A stretch of 64,000 nucleotides of DNA from Euprymna scolopes (lineage: Eukaryota): NCBI GenBank assembly GCA_053919585.1, contig CM132791.1. One strand, 5' to 3'. The position numbers and the translations under genes are program-made. Of the stretch, positions 40,112 through 52,615 are shown in pieces. The notes below the pieces were generated by a model that did no database searches, was not told the DNA's origin, and was given only the letters and a program-made list of their open reading frames with translations. Each line of letters starts with the position of its first letter. Position 1 is the first letter of the stretch.

Positions 40112-40383
40112 ATTACTTTTGCGGAAATTTTATTCCGACGTAATGGAAAGATTTTAAAGAACACACCAAATTATATGTTCATAAACGTTTCATCTTGAAG
40201 TCTTGAAATAAAAACGAACTCTAAATGAACATATACATATAATGAACATATATATAAATATATAACTTGGTACGTACGTTTGAATCTTTCTATCATTGCG
40301 GAATATTATATGGCCCCCAAAATACACACACACACACACATATATATGTATGTGTCTATATATATTTATATATAAAATATATT

Positions 40384-40444
40384 TTAGTCATCGACATACA
40401 GAACTGTTTCGTTGTATCACAACTCATCAGTGCCGCTAGACTAA
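40384..40444 (-). ncRNA. Type I hammerhead ribozyme (predicted cleavage between 40397 and 40396)
   Basis: UUAGUC-UAG-CGGCA-CUGAUGA-GUUG-UGAUA-CAAC-GAA-ACAG-UU-CUGU-A/UGUCG-AU-GACUAA: complete core, stems I (with internal loop), II and III, and a GUA triplet. Confidence 0.92.
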
Positions 40445-40449
40445 CACCT

Positions 40450-40522
40450 CTCCCAAGCCAAGGATCGAACCTAGAACCGTCGTGATGACAGTCGGCAGTC
40501 CTACCCCCTTGACTACGGAATC
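40450..40522 (-). promoter_or_regulatory. tRNA-derived (Asp-like) Pol III internal promoter; not a functional tRNA
   Basis: A-box-like TAGTCAAGGGG with D-stem GTC/GAC, loop CTGTCAT, and B box GGTTCGATCC within a T-arm. The acceptor and anticodon stems do not pair. Confidence 0.7.
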
Positions 40523-40705
40523 GGTGGCCGAAATTAACCTGTCCGAACGATTATTTAAATAAACATTCGTCCGCTACTCGTAGAGGGCTCAAACGTTTGT
40601 GTGTAAACAAATCGCGAGCTTCGCATTATTTCAGCTAAATTAAGTAGCGAGTAAGATAATTTACGAGAGTGCTCTACCAAAGAGGGGAGCTTTATAAAAT
40701 ATATT

Positions 40706-40766
40706 TTAGTCATCGACATACAGACCTGTTTCGTTGTATCACAACTCATCAGTGCCGCTAGACTAA
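40706..40766 (-). ncRNA. Type I hammerhead ribozyme, second copy (predicted cleavage between 40719 and 40718)
   Basis: Same fold as 40384-40444; the only difference is stem III loop GU instead of UU. Confidence 0.92.
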
Positions 40767-40771
40767 CACCT

Positions 40772-40844
40772 CTCCCAAGCCGAGGATCGAACCTAGAACC
40801 GTCGTGATGACAGTCGGCAGTCCTACCCCCTTGACTACGGAATC
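40772..40844 (-). promoter_or_regulatory. tRNA-derived Pol III internal promoter, second copy
   Basis: As for 40450-40522. Confidence 0.7.
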
Positions 40845-42027
40845 GGTGGCCGAAATTAACCTGTCCGAACGATTATTATATATATATATATGTGTGTGTA
40901 TATGTGTATATATAACTGTAATCGTATGAAATTATTTTTACATAATAACCTGGATTAAAGTTAAACGTACAAAAGCTAATTAACATAGTTTAATTCCACT
41001 GTAATAAAAACAACATGCATTTTGAACTCGTTCCTATCTTATAAAACAATCTACAATTGATTTTCTAGACTGGGCTTCTATGCTTGCACAATAGTAAGTC
41101 TTCTTTAATCCACTTTTGATGTTAAGTTGTATAAAAGAGTGAACTTGATAAAAAACGGATTTCGTTCTTACATAGGAGTTTTTCGATTATCGATTTGGGA
41201 TACTCGTCAGAGGCATTCCGATACAAAACCTACGTAAGAACATTAGCACACACGTTCGTGTGAAATTGAAAAAATAGGCTCAGACGTGTTCGAGTCCATA
41301 AGGAAGGAAGTCACACGTAACGCTCATTTTATGTATTAATAGAGATACATGTAGATGATTAGTGCTAAAGTACTTTGTATAAATACCTTAAGAGGTTTAT
41401 AAAAGTATTTTTGGCTTATTAAATTACTATTATGTGTTGCTCCCAAGTATTCACAATTTTCGACCTCCTCAGAATAAACTTTAATAAGCAAAACGATTGT
41501 GCCTGGACGATAGCATGATAGAAGACATTTAAAGGAAGAATCATAAAAATATCCTTATATCATATCATATGTTTGACGCACTATACACCAGATCCCGAAA
41601 TCCTTGTGGCTACTAATGCATTAGAACCTACATATTAAACAAAGGGGGATATTTATCACTAAACATTGGTTAACACGTGACGTACTTTACTAAATGTAGA
41701 ATAATATTCCTCATAAATCAAGTAAACAGCAATTAGTTTAATATTTGCGGTTATCAATTTCATCGAATTCCTCATGAAAGACATGTTGCGTTGAAAACCA
41801 ACCATAAGCAACTGCTAAAAGCATTAACAATGCAAACTGCAAACAGTCTACGTAGTGGGGGACTGTTTTCCTCAATTACAATTATAAAATCGCGTTTCTT
41901 CCTTCAGGAAATGTTAGTCATACTGATGAATCATTTACACTTTTCTATAACTATGCAACTTGAAGACATATTGTTTGCTTCCCTACAAACTAAGTTTGAA
42001 GGAAAAAATATTGTGTAACGCAACTAG

Positions 42028-42100
42028 GGGGAATGGTTGATCAATGGTTAACCGTACGGACTGACTTACAGGGTATACTAAGTTCGAATCAAGTACGTCC
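42028..42100 (+). other. Degenerate tRNA-like (SINE head) sequence
   Basis: A-box-like tggttgatcaatgg and B-box-like agttcgaatc at tRNA-like spacing. Confidence 0.35.
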
Positions 42101-42369
42101 AAAAGAAGCACTTTATCTTAGTATGTTGGCAACTTCACGTGCTCCCTTTTTTGTAAGTACATGATATCTTTGTAGAAATAATCGTAAATAGAAGGATAGC
42201 AGGGAAAATAATGCAAAGGAAAAGAATTATCTTATTCATGATTAATGAATGTCACCGGGATGTTCCTGTGCGAAATAAAAGTTTTAATCGACGACTATTT
42301 TAAACATAAAAATAAAGAAATAAAAATACTCACATCTCCTAAGTTTATAATAATCCGTGATATAGTAGT

Positions 42370-42900
42370 TATGTACATCGATCGAGTGTTGTCTATGGTG
42401 TATTCTAAACATCGATTATAGAAAAGTTCTTTTTCAGTCATACGGCAATTTGTAGAGTGAATAATATCACGAGAATCTATGCGTATTAGACAAGTATGAA
42501 CAGAACATTGAAAATGCGATTAAACTATGTAAAGCCTTGGTATTGGCAAAAAAGACACCTTCTATAATGTTCTGGCTTTGGCTATAACTGAAATCCATTA
42601 GTCTAAGCACCATGAAAATATTGTAAATCTAGTGGAAGGATTATAGTGCTGAATACTTTCTCAATATTTTATAATATAAAAATCTATTATGGACGTAGAT
42701 TTTTACGTATTGTTTTTTCGTTCGGTAAGAGGTCTTAAACTGTATTGTATCAGACAACGGAAGACAATTAGCGTCGAGTGAATTTAAACTACTCTGTCAC
42801 ACATTTGTAATGGACATACCATTCAAGTGACAGAACAAGTTTAAAGGAGTGTTTAAACACGAGGTATAGACTTATCCATGAGAATATACAAGAATTATTT
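42370..42900 (+). pseudogene. Ty3/Gypsy integrase remnant
   Basis: IENAIKLCKALVLAKKTP (decayed zinc-binding region) followed by CIVSDNGRQLASSEFKLLC (cf. IVSDNGxQFxSxEFxxFC). Confidence 0.7.
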
Positions 42901-43728
42901 TATGTTTTATGTATGACCACACATGATAAGGTTCCAGGTTTCATGACGTAAGCTACGTTTGGGAAGAAATTTTTGTATTGATAGGTTTTTGCCTTATTAT
43001 CTGAAATTAAAACATGTAAAATTGCAGGCTTCGAAGAAAAGTGTTCTTTAAGATTTTAAGGAAAATACAAAAACATGGATAGAAATAATCGGATTGGAAA
43101 GACACATAAACATGGTGCGATTAGGATATACAGATTTTTGTAGAAAATAATACACCAGACAATAACTAAGTAATGTCTTCTCTGACACATTTGAGATACG
43201 AATCGCGCAAACAGTTTCTGAAGAGCCTATATTAAAAACGTAAGATCATATACTTGTTATTAATAACACATAAATGCCAAATAGTAACCCCCTGTGGAGC
43301 AAGGCGAAAATTGTAAAGAGATGTTAGATGTTAGATAGTTATCTACTCTACTTGTAACTATTTAGGCTTGTCTAGCTATTATACATAAATGAACCCACGA
43401 GAAATAACGACCATTTTTTTGTAACATATACCACCGTGTTGTCTTATTTATTATCAAACCTCAAAGGTCACAAAACATATATAAATGAATAAAACTTATA
43501 TAAATTCTAAATTATTTATGAACTGATCAATTCTCATTGGAAAAAGAAATGTTCATTTTCTTATGCATCGATTCAAATTTTGGGTGGGATTGAACATCCG
43601 CTTACGTATTAGGACTTTCTTCGATATCTGGTATACTATCATTTTTCATATCATTAAAACAACAGTTACAAATATGACTTTTTAATAGTATATAAAAAAA
43701 TTCTTAATATGGATCAGAAAAATATTAT

Positions 43729-43815
<87 letters not shown>

Positions 43816-44309
43816 GCACCCCCCCAAAATGGCCGAAAAATCAAGTTGTTGTTGTTATTTAAAACGAAATTACATTTATTAAAATCCATTATTTCTGAGT
43901 AACTTTTTTTTTCCAGAAAGATAAAACCCTGAATTTTATCGCATAGAAAGCAGAATAATGTAACACTTTTTCTACTATTTTTGATTAAATGTCAAATTTT
44001 CCCCCAAAGTTAACAATTGGCATTTTTTGTTTTGCACAAAAAACGTATATAAATAGTTAAAAAAAAAGGTTTTTTAAAGAATTAATTTGTTTATTTCTTG
44101 TCTAACTAAGCTTTAGGGTTATTTTCTATGAGAATATGCAAAAATTTTATAATATACACCTGGATTTAAAATAATTCCACTTATTCATATAGGCAACCAG
44201 TTACTTCGAGTCGATTTGATTACTGTTTACATTTGTACTTGATAAAAAGCAAACTACGGAACATCAAAAAGCCAAAAAAACTTATTGTTCGGTGACGAAA
44301 CTTTCAATG

Positions 44310-44352
44310 TATTATCAACGCTGAGGCTGGCCAGTACCAGATGGGTGACCAT
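44310..44352 (+). other. Short 5S rRNA-like fragment within a repeat
   Basis: tcaacgctgaggctggccagtaccagatgggtgacc resembles the 5S internal control region. Confidence 0.5.
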
Positions 44353-46331
44353 TTGTATGAGTTTGGTTTTTAATGTGTATGTGTGTGGGGCCCAGGTATC
44401 CAAAATGGGAAGGGGGGCAATTTAAATCAGAATAAAAAAAATGATTTCAGCGCGTTTGGTCCACCGTAGTCGAAAGGCGGCAAACGTTTCCAAGCTTGAT
44501 CGAAAAAATAATGATATTTTTAACACAAAGGACACAATATTTATCGAATATTTTTTGCATGATTCTTCAAAGCATGCCCTGTTTAATAATAGTCATGCAT
44601 TATTCGGCTCCCTAAAAAGAAATTGTTAATTTATTCATCAAATGTTTTAAAATGGCTTTTTTCGTACAAATATTAAAAAAACATGTTTGTTTTTCTTAAC
44701 TTTAATTAATTATTTTACTTAACATATTCACCAAATATCACACTTCAAAACTCAAAATCGGGATAATTAAACACAATCGAGGTTCTGATATTCAGACATC
44801 AGAATAAGGTATGCAAACAAGTTTTGTTTTTAATCTATAATCCTGTCCCTTACAACAGCATAATATGTTTTGTTTAGTTTCAGATGATTATTTTAAGCAT
44901 ATTTTGTAAGCAAAAAAAAATATATAGATAGTGTTTATGAAAAATAAGTACACTGTTATAAAGTTCATTCTTCTTTAATAATCGCTGAAAATTTCGTATT
45001 GCTTGGATAATTACCAGATTTTTGGTAGATTTTTAAAAAGACGGTCTGTCAAAAAGTACTTATCTGCCCCCACCNNNNNNNNNNNNNNNNNNNNNNNNNN
45101 NNNNNNNNNNNNNNNNNNNNNNNNNNNNNNNNNNNNNNNNNNNNNNNNNNNNNNNNNNNNNNNNNNNNNNNNNNNNNNNNNNNNNNNNNNNNNNNNNNNN
45201 NNNNNNNNNNNNNNNNNNNNNNNNNNNNNNNNNNNNNNNNNNNNNNNNNNNNNNNNNNNNNNNNNNNNNNNNNNNNNNNNNNNNNNNNNNNNNNNNNNNN
45301 NNNNNNNNNNAAAAAATAAAATACATTTATGAAATACATTAAACATTGAAACAGCTGAGCCCTAGATTCTGTATATCTTGCTGAAATAGAAAGCATGGGG
45401 AAACTATTTTAAACCCCGTAATAGACGAACGAACAACGTATGAAAGTAACGAAGACACGACACAAAATGGTAACTTTCAAAGTTAAATTTTATTAGAAAA
45501 CAATAAAATATGGTAAGGAGGGGATGAGATTAATAAAATAGAAATAAAACACATTACGAGTGTGTTGACAGGGCATTCTTACTTACTATCTGGAAATGCC
45601 GACGAAAAATATATCAATACCAAATTATACATCAGTCCAAATAAAAACAATAGCAAAATGAACTCATTAGCTTAATATATGAGAAAGAGATTTAGAAAGA
45701 TGACTTACAGTCTGTATTTTCTCTTTTTTTTTCTTTTTTACGTGAAGTATAACTTCCATTTTATACGCTTCGGACAACACTTCGTAACATGCGGTATTCC
45801 TATGTAGCATTAATCCAATGTTTCGGTTATTTTGGAGTGTCGTGTCCCCCGTGTACGTAGATGCTTTCATTTCATTTCGTTTCGTACGAATTAAAAACAT
45901 ATTCGTAAAATTCGCTGACGTTTATCGCTGTCGACGTCACCTCCTTTCGCTGCTGATATGGAGTTTCTCCTAGGCATTATCTATTTTGACAGTGTCAAGA
46001 CGTTTCTCCGTCGTTGTCGGGTGGAAATTTTTCCACGTCCGTCCGCTATCAAAAATCTTTCTTTTCCTCTCTTTCTCTCTCTTCACTATACGTTTCTCGC
46101 CCCTTTCATTTCTTTCTTTGTTGCTTAGTAACTAGCAGGTCTCATAAAGCGTGTCGTTGATCGGGTCACCTGCCAACTTGCTAGCTTGTCTTCTAAGCGT
46201 CTTTTTCACCTCTCCCTCTTCATTTTTACAGTAGCTTCTATAAAACAACAACAAAAGATACATTTTCGTTGGCATGTAAATGTATTTTTTAAAACTCTCA
46301 TTTGCATAAATAATCAAATTTAAGGATTATG

Positions 46332-46337
<6 letters not shown>

Positions 46338-46410
<73 letters not shown>

Positions 46411-46577
46411 GGGTCCCAACTATCATTAGACGCTGTTTCTTAGTGTTTCAAACTTTGGCCATAACTAGTTTATTATATTCCAAACATCACATCAAAACAC
46501 TTTGGCCTTTTTTTCTTTGTTGATTGTAAAATGCTCAGAAAAAACAATTGAATGTCCTCTGTTTCTTTGGGGTCACC

Positions 46578-46647
<70 letters not shown>
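46338..46647. repeat. (TA)n microsatellite split by a ~170-bp insert with a Tc1-like end
   Basis: TA runs on both sides. The right end ggggtcaccctg-ta resembles CAGGGTG-type TIRs; the left end is degenerate. Confidence 0.55.
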
Positions 46648-46650
<3 letters not shown>

Positions 46651-47589
46651 AAGAAATGCCAAAGTAAAGTGATTTTTATTGGTCTAAGGTATTTCACCTG
46701 AAAATATTTTCATTATACAACACATATACCTATTCAAAACACTGTCATCATTCTATTTCGATCTTGGAGAAAAGCAAACATTTTTAGCTTTGAGAGTTAT
46801 ATCAGAAATCTAAGCCAAGCTAAAATAAATAAAATTTATTTTAACAAAATATAACAGATATTGCGTAAGGTCTTCAGTTTCCTAGGTTCCCATTGTATTT
46901 CCATGAGCACGTGACCCAAATTCACAAATTTAGTTTCACAGTTACCTACACACAAATGTGTGTTTTTACACTTGTCATTTTTTATAGAGAATATGACCTC
47001 CAGCCAACTTCCAGCGCAGACCGAAGTAAAGTATAAAATCTGCTTTTATTCAACATAAAGAACACTGATACGCGATTTTAGATTAAATTAACATCCATCG
47101 AAAATCTCTTTATCAAATAAACAGGACTTACCTTATACGTTCGACCATTTGCAAGGGATCGCGCGAAGGCTGAAACAGCCGCAGGCAGTTTGCGCTTATA
47201 GAAAAGGAAAGGTTAAAATGTAACGGGGGTCGTAACCCACCTTGAAGCACCTGCAGGTATTTCTTGTTTCTTTTATCGACCAAAAAATATGTAATAAGAC
47301 AGATACTACATAATATAGAACTGATGTGGCAAGAGAGAATAAAACTTATAGTACTCTAGGGAAAGAAAAAATGACACTTAGCCTACGTGGTCTTCTTCTT
47401 CCTCTTTTTCTTCCTCTTTTTTTCCCAAGAAAAACAATTAAAATTCCTAAAAAGAATACTTAAACAATAAGAAGTAGAAAACTAAGGGTTCCGCAAACTT
47501 TAACTGCACGACTCTTTAATCATTATCGCTTAAGTCCAGTGATGATGGCTTTTAAAGATCAACAAATTTAGATAAAACCAAATGTATTC

Positions 47590-47833
47590 GTATCTGCTTC
47601 GGAGAGTTCTACTGAAGATTTCAGATGATTCAATCACTGCTATCCGCGGTGTAGTTTCTATCATCCTCCTGATTTTATGTTTTTTCGGAACTATTCATAG
47701 TGCTACTACAATTACTGGTATTATATTGATGCCCTTAATATTCTCTATTAATTTCAATCCTGATGGATAAATTTGCATAATTGCATTGTTTTACCGTTTC
47801 TTTGATTTTCATCCTGTGGGCTGCTGTGAAAAA

Positions 47834-47894
<61 letters not shown>

Positions 47895-48250
47895 ATTATC
47901 ATTATTGGCTCACAAGAGGCTTTCACATGTCATAAAGGATTTCTCTTTGAGAACAACTTGTGGTGTTCCCAGGAAGCAGAATGACAGCAAATCTCCTCAG
48001 GTTTCCAGTACTCTCTACCTCTTTTGATACCATTTGCAAATGAAATTGCATTATAGCAACAGCCGCTTACCATTTATTTCTCCCCAGCAGCGGTCATTGG
48101 TCTCCACTGAAGTTCGAGTGGCAATAAGCATCTCCAAGGGACCAGTTATCTTGAAAATCCAGCGGAGGTCTGGTTATCGCTCTCTCCTCGATCTTTCCAC
48201 CGTCTATAAGCCTTCTCGGCTATTTGGCATCGTTCTTTTTTTGAGGGGAC
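47590..48250 (-). mobile_element. Decayed 3' fragments of an R4/Dong-like LINE around an (ATT)n tract (47833-47905)
   Basis: AHRMKIKE and INIIPVIVVAL on - parallel the 48.4-48.95 kb copy. Confidence 0.55.
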
Positions 48251-48399
48251 AGTGATTGTGTAATGGAAATTCTGATGGAGAACTTATAGATATGCAGCTT
48301 CAATATTCTTGGTTCAATGTTTCGTGTTTTGTCACTGCAGCAACTCGTCTGATCCGTACATTAGCTAATGTATTAATCTCTGCATTCAAGTTTTTTTTT

Positions 48400-48955
48400 T
48401 ACATATTTTAGCTGTTTTCATTATTGTTATTCGTTGTATTTTCCCAGCCATTCCTCCGATTCAAATTTCTCCTATTTATTTCTAATTCTTTTTTTTTGAA
48501 TTGTTTCTAGTGTTCCTACTATCACAGGTACTAATATTTTATTATCAATATCCCTTTCAACTCTCTGGCTAGCCCTGCGTATTTGTTCTGGTTCTCTTTT
48601 TCTTTGATATTCATTCTGTGGTCAGCTAGGACAGCAAAGTCTACGATTTGGCACGAGGTTTCTTTCTTGTTAATTATTACGACATCCGGTGTTCTTGCTT
48701 GAATGGGTTCATTCGTTTGTATGTCCATGTCCTATAGGAGTTTGTGATCCTCGTTTTCAATTACTGTTGCTAGCTTATGCTTGTACCATTTGTCTGTGTA
48801 TTCGAGATGAAGTTGTTTGCAGAATTCCCAGTGGACTGCCCTTCCCACTTGGGTGTTGTCTGTTCTTGCGTTACTTCTGCGCTAGTTTTCAACCTTCACC
48901 TACGATATGGTTTATCGTTTCGTTTCTTTATCCACAGAATCTGCATATGCTATTT
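48400..48955 (-). mobile_element. R4/Dong-like non-LTR retrotransposon C-terminus (CCHC knuckle plus restriction-like endonuclease), decayed
   Basis: NSICRFCG*RNETINHIVGE...VHWEFCK...KWYKH...DIQTNEPIQARTPDVVIINKKETSCQIVDFAVLADHR...KYAGLARELK...VPVIVGTL, containing the PD..D endonuclease motif. Confidence 0.88.
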
Positions 48956-51900
48956 ATTTAAACAAAAATCTATTTATATATTAATTCTATGTTTATGCTT
49001 ACCCCTAACCTAATAAATCGATCATTATGAATTTCTAAAACGTCTTACCGGCTTCTGGATAGTTAATGTGGTTTATAATAAATTTTGTTTCGTGCAAAGA
49101 GAGAATACCTTCACTAAATTTCAAGTATCTGGGTTTTTTTTAATATGGGTTATATGTGTATAACATGAGCAGATTCATACATTTCAAAAACCAGATGAAT
49201 CAGGTTGGCATTATTCGTTACTAGTGGGGGTCAAACACGCTTCTCGTAATTTCTGTTTTAAGACCTCCTCCGTTTGCTATTTTTAAAAATTTTTCTTCAG
49301 TCAAAGTTCACAGAAATCAAGAGGCCAACTACCTGAGGCTAACACTTGAAGTCTATATGAGATACATAGCTATTTGAATGTTCCGTTAAAATTCTTTATT
49401 GAGTTCGTGAAGAAATTGAGAACATAATTTTCTTCTCCCCAAGTAACCATTTTCATACGTTGTAGTATACCTTTCATTTTGGTCTCTTGTTCTAACTGAA
49501 TTCCAGGACAAAAATTTATCTAGGCTGGTGTATTATCGAGCCTTGTGCTATTACTTGAGGTTACATCACTTGGAGAAGGTGCACCATTCCTCGTAAAAGC
49601 TAATGTAGGTTAGCCATAATGAGGGAATCTTATTTGGGCAGCGAATACGTTGTGATTTTGAATATTTGGTCAGCGTTTACTTCTATTGATAAATTATCCT
49701 CATGACAGGTTGTTCTGACAAACCCATGTACAGAGAGACTTCAGACACTTGAGGATAGTGTCTAGTCTGCATTCAAGTTCTCTCCAGTAGGCATTATGAA
49801 ACTTTAAATATTTTACAAAGTCAAAATTATGTAATCGATTAATAAGAATACAAAAATTAGGATATACGTTTTAGAATCATTATATCTCTTGATTTTAATG
49901 ACCCTAAGTTAGTATAAAAGTGGTGCAAACCTAGTCGGTTTGGGAATGAAATTTTACTCGTCCTTGTGTAATATATAGTCGTGTATGTTATGTATATACG
50001 TGTAGTCATATATCTGCGTTGTCGTTAGATCTACCTACAGTTCGTTGTAGGTGTATACTAGTGTACATAATTGATGTTTATTTAAAATGTTAAACGTGTT
50101 TGTTTAATGTGGTCGTCTAGTGCCCGTGTGTGTTTTCCGAGTTGATGTGTGTATATTATATGTATATATGTAACTTTTTGATATGAATGCGTGTCAAGTA
50201 ATAACATAATAAACAAATGCAGTTAAACAACGCGGATATAACTATTTACAGCAGACAATCTACGACAAAAAGGACGGATAAGCCCTTTCTAAGGTGTTTA
50301 CATCTTGGCAATAAGAGAAACATATTGTTTCTATATTGTGGTCGTGTTTGATGGATCCGCAACCGCTACAATGACGATTCATCACAAAAAACGATTAACA
50401 AGTCTCGGTTGTATTATCTGCAAGTTTTATTTCCAAAATATTCCCCCAATCCTAAAAGTTACACGCTTGTCCTAAGTTCTACAGTCTTACTATATCATAT
50501 GTACCGCAGCTTTCTCGACATAATGGCCCATAGACTTCAGTCGCTAGATGACTTTCCTCGTCTGTTCAGCTCCACTCTATATCTCTAACTGACTCTCCCA
50601 AACTGATTAACTCTACGTGTATATGAAAAACTTTTCTTTTCTAATTACATCATCTCGGTAACACCATCGCCTGATTCCTGCCATGTATTACATTTGTTAT
50701 TTTTGTCATTAAAACTACTGTTTTTTTTTTAATTTGCTTTTTAAGTTATTATTTATCCAAACTAAAAGTATTTAATTGTTTCTAAAATAAAATTTCATTA
50801 GGTTAATAATCCTAACCCTTTTTTGTCCAGAATTCCATTTAGACTAAGAAACAACAATCATCTTGTTTAACTTCCGGCGTTTTCCCGGATCCAAAATACA
50901 ATACTAGACCGAACATTCCCTAACTCATAGAAGTGTTATCTTTTTAATTATAAAAGGGGTAGGACTTACTATTCTGTCAGCCCAATTGCATTTCATTTCT
51001 CTTATACACAAGAATAGCTCGGAAATGATAAATAATATTATGTTGAATTTGTAGGCAAAACAAAAGCAATGCTCTAAATTCTGAAATAACTGAGTTTTAT
51101 CTTTCCAATAAGTGTTTCAGTAATCGTCTACCAAAATACGATATTATTTTGTGTGTAAATTAGTGTAGAGGAATAATATAAAATAATACCGCGATCTCTG
51201 AAGTGGACAATGGCGTGCAAAGGTATGCTGATGGTCTGTTAATTCCCCAGTATAATTCGTTGATTGTATGCCAATTATAAGTTATATTATAAGGATATGA
51301 AAAAAGGAAGATAATTTGTATATTAGCCAATGCCCCTGTCACTGCTAGTTGGTCGGGTAATTTATCTTTCTATGCCCAACTGATTTTCATAACAAATATT
51401 ACTTTAAATTAAAAAAATCGATAATATGTCGCCGGTTTCTTTCTACATTTGCATTTGAAATATGCGACTTGACTTGGTCCCCGATTTTGATTTAAGTAGA
51501 TTGTCTAGTAATTTCATTATCAGCAGAGATTTTATTTTCGTTACCGAAAGTGGAGGAAAGTTCTTCCACACTGCCACAGCATCTTCATCCTCAGTAATCA
51601 TCAATAAATGTAGCTAGATATATATATACCTCTGTTATTATTATAATAAACACTTTTATAACGAAAAGAGGGACCCTGTTTTATTTACAAAACATATCAA
51701 GGCTAAGAGGCTTAAATATATGTGTGTTGTAGTCATTAGGATAGAAGCGTAGTAATCGTTCGTAGTGGAAATTTGGTATGATTGAATTATTTACGAGAAC
51801 GGTTCAAAAAGAATTGTTTACGTTGGAATTGAAGACGACAATATTGTAGTCAGCTGTACACCAAACTAGCAAAAAAGAGTCCGGAAGAAGGACAGTTAAA

Positions 51901-52264
51901 AAAGTAGCTTGATTCATGGAATCCACTTTTAGGTTAAGGCACAGGTAGTGTGCCGGCTCTGACTGTATAGGAAAACGTGACTGCAAAGTTCTTGGCAAAA
52001 GGTTTTGCGTTTTCTGATGCTTGTATAATTACTTTAAGTTTATTGATGATGTTTGGGATAGAGTAGACACTTCTATTCAGGACTGTATGTTATTTGCAAA
52101 CATTTGTGGGAACCAAGCCGCTGCTCAGCTACTTTGAACTTGACAAACTGAGCATACAACTCCCTTGCGTTTTTATGACTGTTGAATTGGTCGCTTGCAG
52201 TTATAAAGGCAGTTATTTAAACATAGAACGCAAAGGAATATATGTACTTAATATACGTAAGCTC

Positions 52265-52615
52265 TCCCAGTCTGACATAGAGGATCGATATACTGTACGA
52301 TGAAAGAGCATATCTGAGGACTTATTACATTTTATTTTTATTTTAGCTGAGACAACTGAGGGGTCGGATTATCCCTGCAGTTACGCAAGGGGTGAGCATA
52401 GCCCATGCAAGTTGTAAGAAAATTGTCTAGGAGACTTGCATACTGGACGTCAGTATCGGGCAATGGAAAAATCATAAAATAAACTCGCATGACGATCCAT
52501 TTTGTTTGAGTACGCTAGCTCTTACACATTGTGAACATTAAAGTAACTACAGACGTGAATAATTACTAACGAATGAACAGACAGGGTGTGTTGATTTTTC
52601 TCAGATAACTCTTAA
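52265..52615 (+). repeat. Second copy of the dispersed repeat at 11660-12050
   Basis: Collinear shared blocks. Confidence 0.8.

Larger units (their letters stand above)
40371..40877 (-). mobile_element. Non-LTR retrozyme-like element: ~1.6 tandem copies of a 322-nt unit with a tRNA-derived head and hammerhead ribozyme, flanked by TA-rich microsatellite
   Basis: A 185-bp direct repeat (40371-40555 vs 40693-40877, offset 322, only a few mismatches). Each copy contains a hammerhead and A/B boxes. Confidence 0.88.

Noticed and set aside
40450-40522. Genuine tRNA-Asp gene
   Set aside because: The acceptor and anticodon stems do not pair, so it is treated as a tRNA-derived promoter.
41165-41215. 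Hammerhead-like CUGACGA...GAAA on the minus strand
   Set aside because: Stems I and III cannot be formed.
41775-41785. miR-71-like TGAAAGACATG
   Set aside because: Only 11 nt match, with no hairpin or neighbouring miR-2 cluster.
51150-51610. Possible piggyBac-like transposase remnant on the minus strand
   Set aside because: Only an acidic patch and a weak motif, with no TIR or TTAA boundaries identified.
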